Source of the DNA: Eutreptiella sp. 'Long Island Sound 2002'
Taxonomy: Eukaryota; Protista; Euglenida
Direction of reading: 5' to 3'
Assembly: GCA_964036045.1 (NCBI GenBank)
Contig: OZ038378.1
Span: 170,624,001 to 170,688,000 of the forward strand
Length of the DNA stretch: 64,000 nt
Position numbers and translations under genes: made by a program. Positions 62,522 to 64,000 of this stretch are shown here, in pieces. The notes under the pieces were generated by a model. That model was given only the letters and a program-made list of their open reading frames with translations. It did not search any database and was not told the DNA's origin. Every line of letters starts with the position of its first letter. Position 1 is the stretch's first letter.

Positions 62522-63808
62522 ATGGCCCCTAAGCACGCCTTTGCCGCAAAGTCCCCTGCCCAGCGCGCTGCCGATATTCGCCCGGGCGAAGCGTGGCCAG
62601 CCACTGCCGTGGGCTGGAACGAGGCCGCCAACAAGCTGCAGCTCAGCGTGGTCCACCACGAGTCGAACACACCCGTGGAGGCCTTTCACCCGGACGACAA
62701 CATGTTGGGTGCCCTGTGCCTCTTCTGGGCCGTCGCAGTGGAGACTCTGCCGCCCCTGGATATCGGCACACTTCAGCAGCGTGACGTCAACTTCCACTGG
62801 GGCACGTATCAGGCGGCCATGACCGACCTCCTTGCGTACCTCGCTGCGGCCCCCTCTGATGCGCTCCACCAACTACAGCAAGCAGCGGCCGCGCATGTAT
62901 CCCCATTTGGCGACACCCTTCGGGCCTCATCCCCAGACCAATTCCTCATGCTCCTGGCTGGCGACGAGTCCCCCAAGCGACCCCTCGACCGTGTACCGCT
63001 CGTACACTGGCTGTTGACCTGGCAAGCGGCCCACCGCAAAAAAGCCCTTCGCTGCCAAATTCTACCCCAGGCAGAAACCCGCCTGCCGGCCCCCTGTCCG
63101 CTATCGCTCCAGCAATGGAATGCTGAGATCTCCCGCCACACACCGATCCTGCAGTACCCTGGGGTCCTGTCCCGCTTGGCCCTCAAGAGAGCCGAACTCT
63201 CTGGACCCCCGAGCTCTGAACCACTCTGGAAGAGGATGCTCACGCAGCCCAGCACCCTGGCCTCCGCCACCGACTTCACGTCCGAGATCGAGCGGCTGGC
63301 CTCCACCCCCGACGGTCACGCGGAGCATGTGGCCCAGTCCATCCGGGTCCTCTGCACCGACACGGCCATCCCCGACAGCGCCCTTACCACGCTCCGCTCA
63401 GTGAAGAGCGGGCGAACACTGGCCTCTGCCGTCAAGACGGTCTGGTATGGCTGTCCAGCGAACCTCCGCCCCACCCTGCACGCCAACCTCCTCGACCTGA
63501 TCGCCACAGTCGAGGACATCCATGGTGCCTCCGCCATTGAGTCCCACCGCCTCACAGCCCTTCAATCCCTTGACCCCCTCGTGGACGCGGCTGCCACCCA
63601 CCCCGGCCTGGTGTGGTCGTCCGCAGCGGCCACCCTCCTCGCCGCCCGCCCCCCAGTGGTGCCCCCGCAAGCGACGGACCTGCTACTAGCTGTCCGGGAT
63701 TCCGTCTCGTTCCGTGTAGCAGTCTCGGTAGCGGTCCAGGGCACCACCCGTCCGCAACAGCTGGACCAGCTGGTATCAGAGGTCCGGACCGCCCTGCAGC
63801 CCTCGTGA
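62522..63808 (+). CDS. Uninterrupted 428-aa ORF of unknown function, possibly ORF1/gag-like of the next element
   Basis: ATG-to-TGA frame with natural-looking Ala/Leu-rich composition, no introns and no motif I recognise; lies next to the retroelement cluster. Confidence 0.55.
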   Translation: MAPKHAFAAKSPAQRAADIRPGEAWPATAVGWNEAANKLQLSVVHHESNTPVEAFHPDDNMLGALCLFWAVAVETLPPLDIGTLQQRDVNFHWGTYQAAMTDLLAYLAAAPSDALHQLQQAAAAHVSPFGDTLRASSPDQFLMLLAGDESPKRPLDRVPLVHWLLTWQAAHRKKALRCQILPQAETRLPAPCPLSLQQWNAEISRHTPILQYPGVLSRLALKRAELSGPPSSEPLWKRMLTQPSTLASATDFTSEIERLASTPDGHAEHVAQSIRVLCTDTAIPDSALTTLRSVKSGRTLASAVKTVWYGCPANLRPTLHANLLDLIATVEDIHGASAIESHRLTALQSLDPLVDAAATHPGLVWSSAAATLLAARPPVVPPQATDLLLAVRDSVSFRVAVSVAVQGTTRPQQLDQLVSEVRTALQPS

Positions 63809-64000
63809 GGCCCGGCGGCGGCGTACGCCTGGTTTGAGCGCCGCACCTCTGGACCCTTCCCGCCTTTGCCTCCCACGAGCACCCCGACCCCCCTCCCCCC
63901 CGTGCCTCTCCCGTTGAGCGCCTTCCCCTGCCCGCTCACCGCCCTCCCCCCCGCTGCCCCCCCCCACAGTCTCCACAGGGTTGCTGCCCCCCTCCCTCGT

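Overview
Eukaryotic, intron-containing and repeat-dominated DNA, most likely from a euglenid (Euglena/Eutreptiella-like). The taxon call rests on a 24-nt match to the euglenid spliced-leader (SL) exon at 24984-25007, as I recall that sequence. Two intact host genes can be rebuilt on the + strand. One is a 2-exon, secreted, probably GPI-anchored clan GH-A (GH2-like) glycoside hydrolase (13989-16298, 374 aa). The other is a 5-exon kinesin with a C2-like tail (23494-38712, 819 aa), which carries a tRNA-Leu(CAA) in intron 4. Most of the rest is mobile DNA: a near full-length degraded APE-RT LINE (51306-58182), many 5'-truncated relatives, a pogo-like transposase pseudogene, SINE-like and MITE-like elements, and microsatellites. 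Three observations stand out. (1) Genomic SL relics point to retroposition of trans-spliced RNAs: a short element occurs both behind a splice acceptor and SL-capped, and a decayed SL lies 8 nt before the GH start codon. (2) Retroelement 3' ends form head-to-tail trains, either joined without spacers at an invariant TTAATAGTACA end or separated by (CA)n. (3) All five introns are phase 0 directly after a Gln codon, several with direct repeats at both junctions. Everything was read by eye; no database searches or alignments were run.
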